The notes under the pieces: model-generated | Databases searched by the model: none | What the model was told of the DNA's origin: nothing | What the model saw: only the letters and a program-made list of their open reading frames with translations | Origin: Candidatus Kapaibacterium sp. | Lineage (GTDB): Bacteria > Bacteroidota > Ignavibacteria > Kapaibacteriales > UBA4661 | DNA: 64,000 nt | Direction: 5' to 3' | NCBI GenBank assembly: GCA_004292595.1 | Contig: RDXM01000118.1 | Coordinates: forward strand, 421-64,420 | Part shown: piece after piece, positions 1 through 8,647 of the stretch | Layout of the letters: each line of letters begins with the position of its first letter | Numbering within the stretch: position 1 is the first letter of the stretch | Program-made: the position numbers and the translations under genes

Positions 1-1
1 G

Positions 2-568
2 ATGCTACATTCTCCCATCGCAGATTTGCCTGCACCCCGCACTATTGCTGAATATCTAGCAATGCCAGACGGTCCGCCATACTATCAATTTATCCATGGA
101 GTTGTGAAAAAAATGCCTTCACCAACACGCATACATCAAACCCTTTTGCAGCGTCTTTTTTTGCGATTGCATATTTTTGTTGAACAAAACGCGCTTGGTT
201 GGACGTACTTTGCTCCGTTGGACGTGTATTTCGACGAAAAGAACTACGTGCAGCCAGATATTCTCTTTGTGTCGCATGAGCGAGAATACATTTTGCAAAC
301 TCGCATCAAAGGCTCACCAGACCTCATTGTAGAAATACTTTCGCCCTCAAACATTGCTGATGACGTTGTTGATAAAAAAGCACTCTATGAAGGCTTCGGA
401 GTGCATGAATACTGGATTGTGAACCCAATGACCGAAAGCATTGAAGTATGGGCGAATGGTGAACATGGCTTTGTGTGCGTGAGCCGCGCAGAAAACGGTA
501 CAGGTAGCGTGGAATCACGGCTTTTGCAGGGTTTTTCGGTGGATGTGGCAAGTATTTTTGCAGCGTAA
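2..568 (+). CDS. Uma2 family (DUF820) putative restriction endonuclease
   Basis: Motifs SPTRIHQ, VQPDILFV, PDLIVEILSPS, K..LYE.FGV.EYWIVNP. Start lies at the window edge. Confidence 0.9.
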   Translation: MLHSPIADLPAPRTIAEYLAMPDGPPYYQFIHGVVKKMPSPTRIHQTLLQRLFLRLHIFVEQNALGWTYFAPLDVYFDEKNYVQPDILFVSHEREYILQTRIKGSPDLIVEILSPSNIADDVVDKKALYEGFGVHEYWIVNPMTESIEVWANGEHGFVCVSRAENGTGSVESRLLQGFSVDVASIFAA

Positions 569-589
569 TTTTTTTGAAAGGATACGTTT

Positions 590-1204
590 ATGATAACAAC
601 AGCCCAAACCCCTCACAAATACACCTTCTCCGACGATGAAGAAGATATTGTAAACGTCTCGCCCTTTCACGGTTTGCAGATGCCCTTGGAGAATTTTCTT
701 GACTGGGAGCCAGAAGCAGACGGCTGGAAATACGAGTGGGAAAATGGAACTATCATCGGAGAAGAGGAATCTATGAGAACAAAACAAATCGGTATTCAAC
801 AACGAATTTTACGCGCCTTTGCGCAAACACAAGCCTATGCGCAAGGCGGCGAGCTACTTCCAGAAGTTGATTGCGAACTGAGCGAAGGAATATTGCGCCG
901 TCCCGATATTGCGTACTTTACTGCCGAGCAGATTGCCGCTGCCGATGCGGGAGAATATCCCATTCCCGCATTTGTGATTGAGATTGTTTCGCCGAGTGAT
1001 AAAATACTTCCTATGATGAAAAAGCTCGCGGATTACCATACGGCTGGCATTCAAACGATTTGGTATATCTATCCGAGTGCCGGAATTGTGGAAGTTCACA
1101 CCGACCGCACAAAGCCGCTTCGCTGCTTCGACGATGACGTTTGCTCTGCTGCGCCCGCCATTACTGGGTTTCAGATGACTGCGCGTCAGGTTTTTGCGAA
1201 ATAA
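590..1204 (+). CDS. Uma2 family (DUF820) putative endonuclease
   Basis: KYEWENG, RRPDIAYF, PAFVIEIVSPSD, K..DY..AGI..IW motifs. Confidence 0.88.
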   Translation: MITTAQTPHKYTFSDDEEDIVNVSPFHGLQMPLENFLDWEPEADGWKYEWENGTIIGEEESMRTKQIGIQQRILRAFAQTQAYAQGGELLPEVDCELSEGILRRPDIAYFTAEQIAAADAGEYPIPAFVIEIVSPSDKILPMMKKLADYHTAGIQTIWYIYPSAGIVEVHTDRTKPLRCFDDDVCSAAPAITGFQMTARQVFAK

Positions 1205-1217
1205 ATTGCATACTTCC

Positions 1218-1631
1218 ATGAAAAACTTCCTTTTGAAACTCCTCGCCCTCGCCGCACTCAGTATTGGTGCGATGTTCATACCGCTTTTCGCAGGTTCTTA
1301 TGCGGCAGACTATATTGTCAGGGATAATGGGAAGTATTGCAAACCTACCATGAAAGTTGTGCATTATCAGCGTCGTAACTTGCTTCGAGACTGTTTATTT
1401 GGCACAAACGTCAAGAATGGCTATACCGACTGCAGTTTGATGGGTAAAATTACCAACTACAATGAGGAATTTCCTTGTCGAGGATTCCGTGATAATGCAG
1501 AGCGTTTTCACCGATTAGTTGCTATTACAAATCCCAATTTACTATCAAGTTCGCTGTTTTTTAGCGAAGATTTGTATCAAAGGAGCATTTCAAACCAGCG
1601 AGGTAATTTTTATTTTCCTCAGTATCCATGA
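1218..1631 (+). CDS. hypothetical exported or membrane-anchored protein
   Basis: ATG at 1218; N-terminal signal-like segment MKNFLLKLLALAALSIGAMFIPLFA; four Cys; no family recognised. Confidence 0.6.
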   Translation: MKNFLLKLLALAALSIGAMFIPLFAGSYAADYIVRDNGKYCKPTMKVVHYQRRNLLRDCLFGTNVKNGYTDCSLMGKITNYNEEFPCRGFRDNAERFHRLVAITNPNLLSSSLFFSEDLYQRSISNQRGNFYFPQYP

Positions 1632-1641
1632 GCCTTACAGC

Positions 1642-2049
1642 ATGAATGTCGTCCTTGATACCAACGTACTTGTTTCCGCAATGCGTTCTGAAGTTGGAGC
1701 GTCGTTTAGGGTGATGGAACTAGCATTGCAAGAAGCATTTACGCTCCATGTTTCACCGCCGCTCTTTTTTGAATACGAAGAAATTTTACAACGACAAACA
1801 TCATTGCATAGCACAGAAGTCTCGGATTTTCTTGCGGCATTTGTGGAAATTATCGAGAAACACGAGATTTACTTTCTCTTTCGCGGTGTTCTGCCCGATG
1901 ATGACGATGCAATGCTCTTGGAACTGGCTATCAAAGCCCAAGCTGTGATTGTTACGCATAACGTCAGGCATTTTGCCAAAGCAGTAGATTACGGTATTGT
2001 TGTCATGCAACCACAGGAATTTCTCCACCAATTACAAACAAGACTATGA
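1642..2049 (+). CDS. PIN-domain (VapC-like) toxin
   Basis: MNVVLDTNVLVSA, EYEEIL, DDDD.MLLELA, IVTHN.RHF motifs. Confidence 0.88.
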   Translation: MNVVLDTNVLVSAMRSEVGASFRVMELALQEAFTLHVSPPLFFEYEEILQRQTSLHSTEVSDFLAAFVEIIEKHEIYFLFRGVLPDDDDAMLLELAIKAQAVIVTHNVRHFAKAVDYGIVVMQPQEFLHQLQTRL

Positions 2050-2288
2050 TTATCACAATGGATGTTCCCGCTTCTATATACAAGCACTTAGCCCGCATTG
2101 CCGAAGAAGAATATGGCGACAGCTCTCCGCAAACTATCGGACTACTTCTCAGTGAAAACCTGAATGAAGTGTTTGACCGTTCGCTCAAAAGACGCTTTCA
2201 AGACAAGAATGTATCGGCTGAGAAGGCGATTGCCATTATGCGCAAACACGGCGCAGGCAAAGAACCTGAAGAATACGACCGTTTGTAA
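2046..2288 (+). CDS. putative antitoxin (ribbon-helix-helix-like) paired with the PIN toxin
   Basis: 80 aa; ATGA overlap with the PIN stop; N-terminal beta-alpha-alpha pattern and C-terminal EPEEYDRL typical of partners of this PIN family. Confidence 0.7.
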   Translation: MIITMDVPASIYKHLARIAEEEYGDSSPQTIGLLLSENLNEVFDRSLKRRFQDKNVSAEKAIAIMRKHGAGKEPEEYDRL

Positions 2289-2306
2289 ACAACATTGAAA
2301 GAAAAT

Positions 2307-2405
2307 ATGCGAACACTCTTGCTTAAATTCCTCGCTCTCGCCGCACTCAGTGTATGTGCGCTGTTGGTGCCGCTTGTCGAATATACTTTTTTGGAGGCAA
2401 TATGA
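2307..2405 (+). pseudogene. 32-codon remnant paralogous to the N-terminus of the 1218..1631 gene
   Basis: MRTLLLKFLALAALSVCALLVPL versus MKNFLLKLLALAALSIGAMFIPL; shared DNA ctcgccgcactcagt; the stop overlaps the HicB ATG. Confidence 0.6.
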
Positions 2406-2557
2406 AACTCAATGTTGTGATACACCGCGCCGAAGAAGGCGGTTACTGGGCGGAAATACCTGCCTTGCCCGGATGTTTTTCACAAGCAGAGACAATGGAT
2501 GAAATGCTGTTCAACATCAAAGAAGCGGCGGAAGCGTGCTTGGAAGTTGACGCATAG
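2402..2557 (+). CDS. HicB family antitoxin (short form, no adjacent HicA)
   Basis: EEGGYWAEIPALPGCFSQAET.DE...NIKEA; preceded by GGAGG. Confidence 0.85.
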   Translation: MKLNVVIHRAEEGGYWAEIPALPGCFSQAETMDEMLFNIKEAAEACLEVDA

Positions 2558-2676
2558 CGTATCAGTGAAATTGAACTATGCAGACCCTGTAAATTTAAGA
2601 ATTTTCAGACTAAATAAAAACTGCTAAAATTTTAATAAATAAAAACTTACTACATTTTTTTGATTCTCAAAATACT

Positions 2677-3573
2677 ATGCCACAAAAGACTGAAACTAAA
2701 ACCCGCGTAAACAAGAAAAAACTTCTTGAAGATAGACAAATTGCATTTTTAATTGAGCAGTGGCAGTCTGAAAATTTTTCAGTTAAAATTTCCCTGCTTG
2801 AACAATTTGAATTTTTAGTAAGCGAATACAGCGAAATTGAAATAGGTAATTTTCGTTTAACAGAAAAAAAGTTGCCATTTTTTGAATCGAAATATACAAT
2901 TGAGATTATTGATGATTCAAGAGACTTACATGATATGCCTATTGAAAATAATTTTAAATTTCTGAGACGATTACAGGATTTGTATGTAAGTGGAATTGAA
3001 TATGTAGAAGAATCTGACCTAAAAAAGTATCTAATCAATCATAGAGCAGCGGAAGTAACGATTGGTAACATTTTATTACAATGGAACAAAAAAGACAAGG
3101 TCTATGATATCTTGTTGGTTGATAAAGAAAAAAATATTGAAGGCAAGATTTCAACCTCTGAAATTAGCTACAAAAGACATATTCTTCCAGTTATTCATGA
3201 ATTTTCCGTATCAAAAACAGAGTATTCCAAACTAACTGAGGTGCAGATAAATAAGAACCTTGAAACACATTTTAGACAATTTTTTGAAAAAGCTCAAAAA
3301 AGTTCAGGTAATTTACGTGGTGCATATGATTTAGAATTGGGCGATTCAGATTTTGTTATAGAAATAAAATTAGCTTCATCACTAAAAAAAACAGATCAAA
3401 AAGATAGAGCATCGGGTCAGATAAAGCGTTATCTTCAAGAAGTAAAAAGCAATAACTTTCTGCTTCTTGTCATTGGTTTACAAAACGAAAAAAAAGAAAA
3501 AAATATTGTAGATATTGAAAAAGAGGTGGTCAAAGATTTCGACTGCTATTTTTGCTATATCACGGTTGAGTAG
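2677..3573 (+). CDS. AT-rich hypothetical protein with a C-terminal PD-(D/E)XK nuclease-like domain
   Basis: YDLELG..FVIEIKLA followed by GQIKRY (QxxxY); visibly lower GC than the flanks. Confidence 0.6.
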   Translation: MPQKTETKTRVNKKKLLEDRQIAFLIEQWQSENFSVKISLLEQFEFLVSEYSEIEIGNFRLTEKKLPFFESKYTIEIIDDSRDLHDMPIENNFKFLRRLQDLYVSGIEYVEESDLKKYLINHRAAEVTIGNILLQWNKKDKVYDILLVDKEKNIEGKISTSEISYKRHILPVIHEFSVSKTEYSKLTEVQINKNLETHFRQFFEKAQKSSGNLRGAYDLELGDSDFVIEIKLASSLKKTDQKDRASGQIKRYLQEVKSNNFLLLVIGLQNEKKEKNIVDIEKEVVKDFDCYFCYITVE

Positions 3574-3692
3574 ATTGATTAATCATGTTCAACAAAAGAA
3601 CACAACATAAAATTGCTGCCATTTCATAACGACTGACTGGTTTAAGGGCGTATTTGCTGCCAACCCTTTTTAGGACGACTCAGACACAACCG

Positions 3693-3720
3693 AAAACTTA
3701 AAACTCAAAACTCAACACTT
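3693..3720 (+). repeat. heptamer tandem array (AAAACTT/AAAACTC/AAAACTC/AACACTT) immediately before the valS start
   Basis: Four 7-bp units read directly. Confidence 0.7.
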
Positions 3721-3731
3721 CTTCTAAAAAA

Positions 3732-6536
3732 ATGGAACTTCCCAAAGCATACAATCCCAGCGAAACCGAACAAAAATGGTACGAATATTGGCTGAAAAAC
3801 CGCTTCTTTGCTTCGTCCGACGTGTCGGAAAAGCCACCGTACAGTATTCTCATGCCGCCGCCGAATGTGACGGGCATTCTGCATTTTGGGCATATTTTGA
3901 ACCACACCATTCAGGATATTTACATTCGCTGGCACAGGATGCGCGGCTATGAATCATGCTGGTTTCCTGGCACCGACCATGCGGGAATTGCGACGGAATC
4001 GAAGGTGGTGCAGCAAATCAAAAAAGAAGGTTTGACGCGGCAGGATTTGGGACGTGAGAAGTTCACGGAGCGCGTCTGGGAGTGGAAAGAGCAGTACGGC
4101 GGCATTATTTTCGAGCAGTTGAAACGGCTTGGAAACTCCAGCGATTGGGACAGAATGCTCTTCACAATGGATGAATCCTCGCAAAACGCCGTGCGCGAAG
4201 TATTTGTGCGCCTTTTCGACGAAGGTTTGGTCTATCGCGGCAAGCGCATCATTAACTGGTCGCCGCTTGCGCAGTCTGCTCTGTCGGATGAAGAAGTGCA
4301 GTGGCGCGAGGTGAAGGAGTTCATGTACACGCTGCGCTATACGTTTGAAGGCGACGACACGATAGAATTGAAGCGGGTTCTCAAGGATATTGTGCAAAAT
4401 GAAGATGGAACAGAAACAACCACAGAGCGCACCGTACTTGAGCGCGTGAACTATCTCGCCGTTGCCACTGCTCGCCCTGAAACGCTTTTTGGCGATGTTG
4501 CTGTTGCCGTGAATCCCAAAGACGAACGCTACAAACATTTAATTGGCAAGCGTGTCCGTGTGCCGCTTGCAGGGCAGTTTGTGCCGATTATTGCCGATGA
4601 TTACGCCGAAGCAGACTTTGGAACAGGCTGCGTGAAAATCACACCCGCGCACGACCCGAATGACTTTATGGTGGGCGACCGCCACTCGCTAGAGCGCATC
4701 AATACTATGAATCCCGACGGTACGCTGAATGAATTGACGGGCGAATTCAACGGCATGGAACGCTTCAAAGCTCGCAAGGCAATCATGGACAAACTGAAAG
4801 AGTTAGATTTGGTCGAGGAAATCAAGGATTACACGCACAACGTCGGCTATTCCGAGCGCGGCGGCGAGCCGATTGAGCCATACTTGTCCGACCAATGGTT
4901 TGTGCAAATGAAGCCGCTTGCCGCACCAGCACTCGCTTCGGTGAAAAATGGCGATGTAAAATTTTACCCCGAACATTGGGTAAAAACCTACGAACACTGG
5001 ATGACGGGAATCAAGGATTGGTGCATCTCGCGGCAGTTGTGGTGGGGCATTCGCATTCCAGCCTTCTACGCGGAGGATGGGCGTGTTGCTGCGGCGCGTT
5101 CGGAATCAGAAGCGCGTCAAAAGCTGGGACTGAGCAATGATGCGCCTTTGCGCCAAGACGACGACGTGTTCGACACGTGGTTTTCCTCCAACATTTGGGC
5201 AATGACCACGATGGGCTGGGACGGCTCGGACGCATCGCATTCCACGCCGACGGCATTGAAATTTTCGCCTACAAACCTTCTCGTTACAGGTCCCGACATC
5301 ATTTTCTTCTGGGTTGCGCGGATGATTATGTTCAACCTGAAATTCAAAGGCGTGATTCCGTTCAAAGATGTGTATTTCACGAGCATCATCCGCGACGCAA
5401 AAGGGCGCAAACTCTCGAAGTCGCTTGGCAACTCGCCCGACCCGCTTTTGCTCATGGACAAGTACGGCGCAGACGCGATGCGCTTCACGATGATAAACGC
5501 CGCGCCGATTGGCACCGACGTAAAGCTCGACATCAACGACAAAACGCAAGATATTGCGTCGTTGGAATTGGGCAGAAATTTTGCGAATAAAGTCTGGAAC
5601 GCCGCACGATTCCTGATGATGAAGCGCGAAGAAGCATACAACGACCTCGACCCAATGCAACGCTCACTGTCTTCCTTCATCCTTCAGCCCTCATCCCTCA
5701 CCCTTTCCGACTTGTGGATTCAAGCGCGTTTCCACCAAACAATCAAGGATTCGCAAGCTGCGCTGGAAGGCTACAAGCTGAACGAGTACGCGCAAATCAT
5801 GTATCGCTTTATTTGGAGCGACTTCTGCGATTGGTACGTGGAAGCAGTGAAAATCAGGCTCTATGCTTCAAGCGATAAAAACTACAACCGTGCGCTCGTG
5901 AACTTTGCGGTGAGTCTGTTTGACGGGGTTTTGCGGCTTTTGCATCCGATTATGCCGTTTGTAACGGAGCAGATTTGGCAAGCAATTACGTCACGTGCAG
6001 AAGGTGAAAGCGTGTGCGTCGCGCCCGTGCCGGAGTTTAGCGTGGAATTGGCTTCGGAGCAGGTTGTGGAGCGGTTTGCGCGGGTGCAATCGCTGACGGA
6101 AAGCATTCGTGCGCTTCGCGGGCTGATGAACGTGCCGCCGCATGAAAACTTGCCAGTGGTGGTGTCCTGTCCTGATGCTGCGTCGCATGAAATCTACGCT
6201 TCGGAAGAGCGCGTGATTCAAGCCATGACAAAAGCCTCCACGCTGGAAATCGCCGTAAACGCCGCAAAGCCTGATGGCGCGGTCTCTGCGGTGGTGCAAG
6301 GCGCGGAATTGTTCGTGGTGGTGAAGGGCGTGATTGACCCCGCGAAAGAGCGTGAACGCTTGCAGAAAGAGATTGCGCGTCTGGAAAACCTCGTCAAAAC
6401 GACTGCCGCGAAATTGGCAAATGAGAAATTCGTTGCCAATGCCGCATTGGAACTGGTTGAATACGAAAAACAAAAGCTGACGAGTGCGCAGGATTCTATT
6501 CTGAAAATTCAGGCGAATATTGCGGAATTGGCGTAA
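3732..6536 (+). CDS. valS: valine--tRNA ligase
   Basis: PPPNVTG.LHFGH (HIGH), DWCISRQLWWG, KLSKS (KMSKS), C-terminal coiled coil. Confidence 0.98.
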   Translation: MELPKAYNPSETEQKWYEYWLKNRFFASSDVSEKPPYSILMPPPNVTGILHFGHILNHTIQDIYIRWHRMRGYESCWFPGTDHAGIATESKVVQQIKKEGLTRQDLGREKFTERVWEWKEQYGGIIFEQLKRLGNSSDWDRMLFTMDESSQNAVREVFVRLFDEGLVYRGKRIINWSPLAQSALSDEEVQWREVKEFMYTLRYTFEGDDTIELKRVLKDIVQNEDGTETTTERTVLERVNYLAVATARPETLFGDVAVAVNPKDERYKHLIGKRVRVPLAGQFVPIIADDYAEADFGTGCVKITPAHDPNDFMVGDRHSLERINTMNPDGTLNELTGEFNGMERFKARKAIMDKLKELDLVEEIKDYTHNVGYSERGGEPIEPYLSDQWFVQMKPLAAPALASVKNGDVKFYPEHWVKTYEHWMTGIKDWCISRQLWWGIRIPAFYAEDGRVAAARSESEARQKLGLSNDAPLRQDDDVFDTWFSSNIWAMTTMGWDGSDASHSTPTALKFSPTNLLVTGPDIIFFWVARMIMFNLKFKGVIPFKDVYFTSIIRDAKGRKLSKSLGNSPDPLLLMDKYGADAMRFTMINAAPIGTDVKLDINDKTQDIASLELGRNFANKVWNAARFLMMKREEAYNDLDPMQRSLSSFILQPSSLTLSDLWIQARFHQTIKDSQAALEGYKLNEYAQIMYRFIWSDFCDWYVEAVKIRLYASSDKNYNRALVNFAVSLFDGVLRLLHPIMPFVTEQIWQAITSRAEGESVCVAPVPEFSVELASEQVVERFARVQSLTESIRALRGLMNVPPHENLPVVVSCPDAASHEIYASEERVIQAMTKASTLEIAVNAAKPDGAVSAVVQGAELFVVVKGVIDPAKERERLQKEIARLENLVKTTAAKLANEKFVANAALELVEYEKQKLTSAQDSILKIQANIAELA
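5670..5704 (+). repeat. heptamer array within valS, in frame
   Basis: TCTTCCT TCATCCT TCAGCCC TCATCCC TCACCCT; shares a 17-bp string with the intergenic array at 40205. Confidence 0.7.
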
Positions 6537-6561
6537 TTATTCACGTATTTACAAAACAACA

Positions 6562-6771
6562 ATGCTTACTATTCACAAACAAATCGTTCTCGGCGAAGAT
6601 AATACGCCCGTTGCGGTGCAAATTCCGATTGCGGAATTTGCACACATCGAAGAGGTTTTAGAAAATTATGGCTTGGCAAAACTCATGGAAGAATCTGCTA
6701 ACGATGAGCGTTTAAGCGGCTTGGCAGCACGTGAATACTATAACTCGCTAAAAAATGCTGTACAAGATTGA
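6562..6771 (+). CDS. putative antitoxin
   Basis: 69 aa; PVAVQIP motif; overlaps the downstream RelE gene. Confidence 0.7.
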   Translation: MLTIHKQIVLGEDNTPVAVQIPIAEFAHIEEVLENYGLAKLMEESANDERLSGLAAREYYNSLKNAVQD

Positions 6772-7030
6772 ATATACCAAGCGTTTTTTGAAAGACTTGG
6801 CATCCTTACCAAATGACGTGCAAAGTCAGATAGAATCTATTGTTTTTGAAGAATTGCCAAAGCATAACATTTTCTCGCTTGGGTATCTTGAGAAGATGCA
6901 TGGATACAAGGACAAATACAAAATTCGTGTTGGTATGTATCGTATTGGCATCACCATTTATACATCCGAGCGAACTGTTGTTGTAGAACGTGCTGCTCAT
7001 CGGCGTGAAATCTATCGCTTCTTTCCATAG
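6755..7030 (+). CDS. RelE/ParE family toxin
   Basis: YKIEYTKRFLKDL, YKIRVGMYRIG, HRREIYR. Confidence 0.88.
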   Translation: MLYKIEYTKRFLKDLASLPNDVQSQIESIVFEELPKHNIFSLGYLEKMHGYKDKYKIRVGMYRIGITIYTSERTVVVERAAHRREIYRFFP

Positions 7031-7096
7031 CAATACCGACCTCTTGCGCCCAGAATTGTTCTTGATGAAATAATTCTTGAATAGTTATGAAAAGCG

Positions 7097-7104
7097 TATA
7101 TTTG
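7097..7104 (+). promoter_or_regulatory. TAnnTTTG-type (-7) promoter element upstream of the thiolase gene
   Basis: TATATTTG with TTG about 20 bp upstream; the same motif recurs before other genes. Confidence 0.5.
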
Positions 7105-7232
7105 TTGCTGTGTGAACAGAACCTTCCAGCAGAACGCTCGTCAAAACACTCGTCAATGCTTGTTTGTAGCATATCGCATTCTTTGTAATGATTGTATAAC
7201 AATTTTTCAACGATTTTACCACGCACGGCTTT

Positions 7233-8417
7233 ATGAACACTTCTTCCGCACCGCTTATTCTCTCGGCGCAGCGCACCGCTATCGGATATTTTCAAGGAAC
7301 ACTTTCCGCACAAAGCGCACCACAACTCGGCGCACAGGCAATCAAAGCTGCCGTAGAGAGCGCAAACATCGCGCCCGAACAGGTGAGCGAGGTAATTCTA
7401 GGACAAGTATTAGCGGCAGGCGTGGGGCAAGCTCCCGCTCGTCAATCAAGTATTTATGCGGGTTTGCCGAAATCTGTTCCTGCACTTACTATCAACAAAA
7501 TGTGTGGAAGCGGCTTGAAAGCTGTCATGCTGGGCGCACAGGCGATTTTAACAGGCGATTCGGACATTGTTGTTGCGGGCGGACAGGAATCCATGACGAA
7601 TGCACCGTATTTGCTGCCGAAAGCGCGGGGCGGCTATCGCATGGGCAATGGTGAAATCCTTGATTCAATGATGTTCGACGGCTTAACCGATGCGTACGAC
7701 AAAGGTCCAATGGGCGCGTATGGCGACCTCTGCGCCCGCGAGTACAAGTTCACCCGCGAGGCACAAGACGAATTCGCCATTGCGAGCTACAAACGTGCGC
7801 AAGAGGCGCAGAAAAACGGCTTTTTCGATGCAGAAATCACCACCGTCACGCTTCAAGACAAGAAAGGCACAACCGAAATTCGCGTGGACGAAGGTCCAGG
7901 GCGGGCGCAATTTGATAAAATCCCCACACTAAAACCCGCCTTCAGCAAAGACGGCACGATTACCGCCGCAAACGCAAGTTCTATCAACGACGGCGCAGCC
8001 GCACTGGTACTTGCTTCGCCGCAAAAAGCCGCCGAACTTGGCGCGAAGCCGATTGCCCGTATTCTCGCACAAGCCTCACACGCGCAAGAACCGCAGTGGT
8101 TCACGACTGCACCAGTAGGAGCAATCAAAAAAGCACTTGCCAAAGCGGGCTTGCAAGCGAGCGATATTGACCTCTACGAAATCAACGAGGCATTTGCCGT
8201 TGTGCCAATGGCAGCAATGCACGACCTCGCAATTCCCCACGACAAAGTAAACATTCACGGCGGCGCGATTGCGCTTGGGCATCCGATTGGTGCTTCTGGC
8301 GCACGTGTTCTCACCACGCTCCTCCATGCTCTGAAGCGCACGAACAAGCGGCTTGGCGTGGCGAGTTTGTGTATTGGTGGTGGCGAGGCGAGCGCAATTG
8401 TGGTGGAGATGTTGTAG
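7233..8417 (+). CDS. acetyl-CoA C-acetyltransferase (thiolase)
   Basis: NKMCGSG, NEAF, GHPIGASG and CIGGG motifs. Confidence 0.96.
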   Translation: MNTSSAPLILSAQRTAIGYFQGTLSAQSAPQLGAQAIKAAVESANIAPEQVSEVILGQVLAAGVGQAPARQSSIYAGLPKSVPALTINKMCGSGLKAVMLGAQAILTGDSDIVVAGGQESMTNAPYLLPKARGGYRMGNGEILDSMMFDGLTDAYDKGPMGAYGDLCAREYKFTREAQDEFAIASYKRAQEAQKNGFFDAEITTVTLQDKKGTTEIRVDEGPGRAQFDKIPTLKPAFSKDGTITAANASSINDGAAALVLASPQKAAELGAKPIARILAQASHAQEPQWFTTAPVGAIKKALAKAGLQASDIDLYEINEAFAVVPMAAMHDLAIPHDKVNIHGGAIALGHPIGASGARVLTTLLHALKRTNKRLGVASLCIGGGEASAIVVEML

Positions 8418-8460
8418 AGTTTGAGGAATGGGCGGAAAACTACGTTTCTAAAGTCATTCA

Positions 8461-8536
8461 GTGGCACAGACATTCTTGTCTGTGTTTGTCGCCTGAAACT
8501 GGCACCAATGCTCACAGACAAGAATGTCTGTGCCAC
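8461..8536. repeat. REPIN-like inverted doublet (family A)
   Basis: GTGGCACAGACATTCTTGTCTGTG, about 28-bp spacer, CACAGACAAGAATGTCTGTGCCAC. Confidence 0.9.
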
Positions 8537-8647
8537 TATGAGGTTAAAATTCTTCTCAATAACAGTCATTGAGAAGTTCGCAGAAAAATCACCACAAACA
8601 CCGCATAAAACCTAACGTTTTGCATTTATTTCCCTTTTGCCTTTTTT

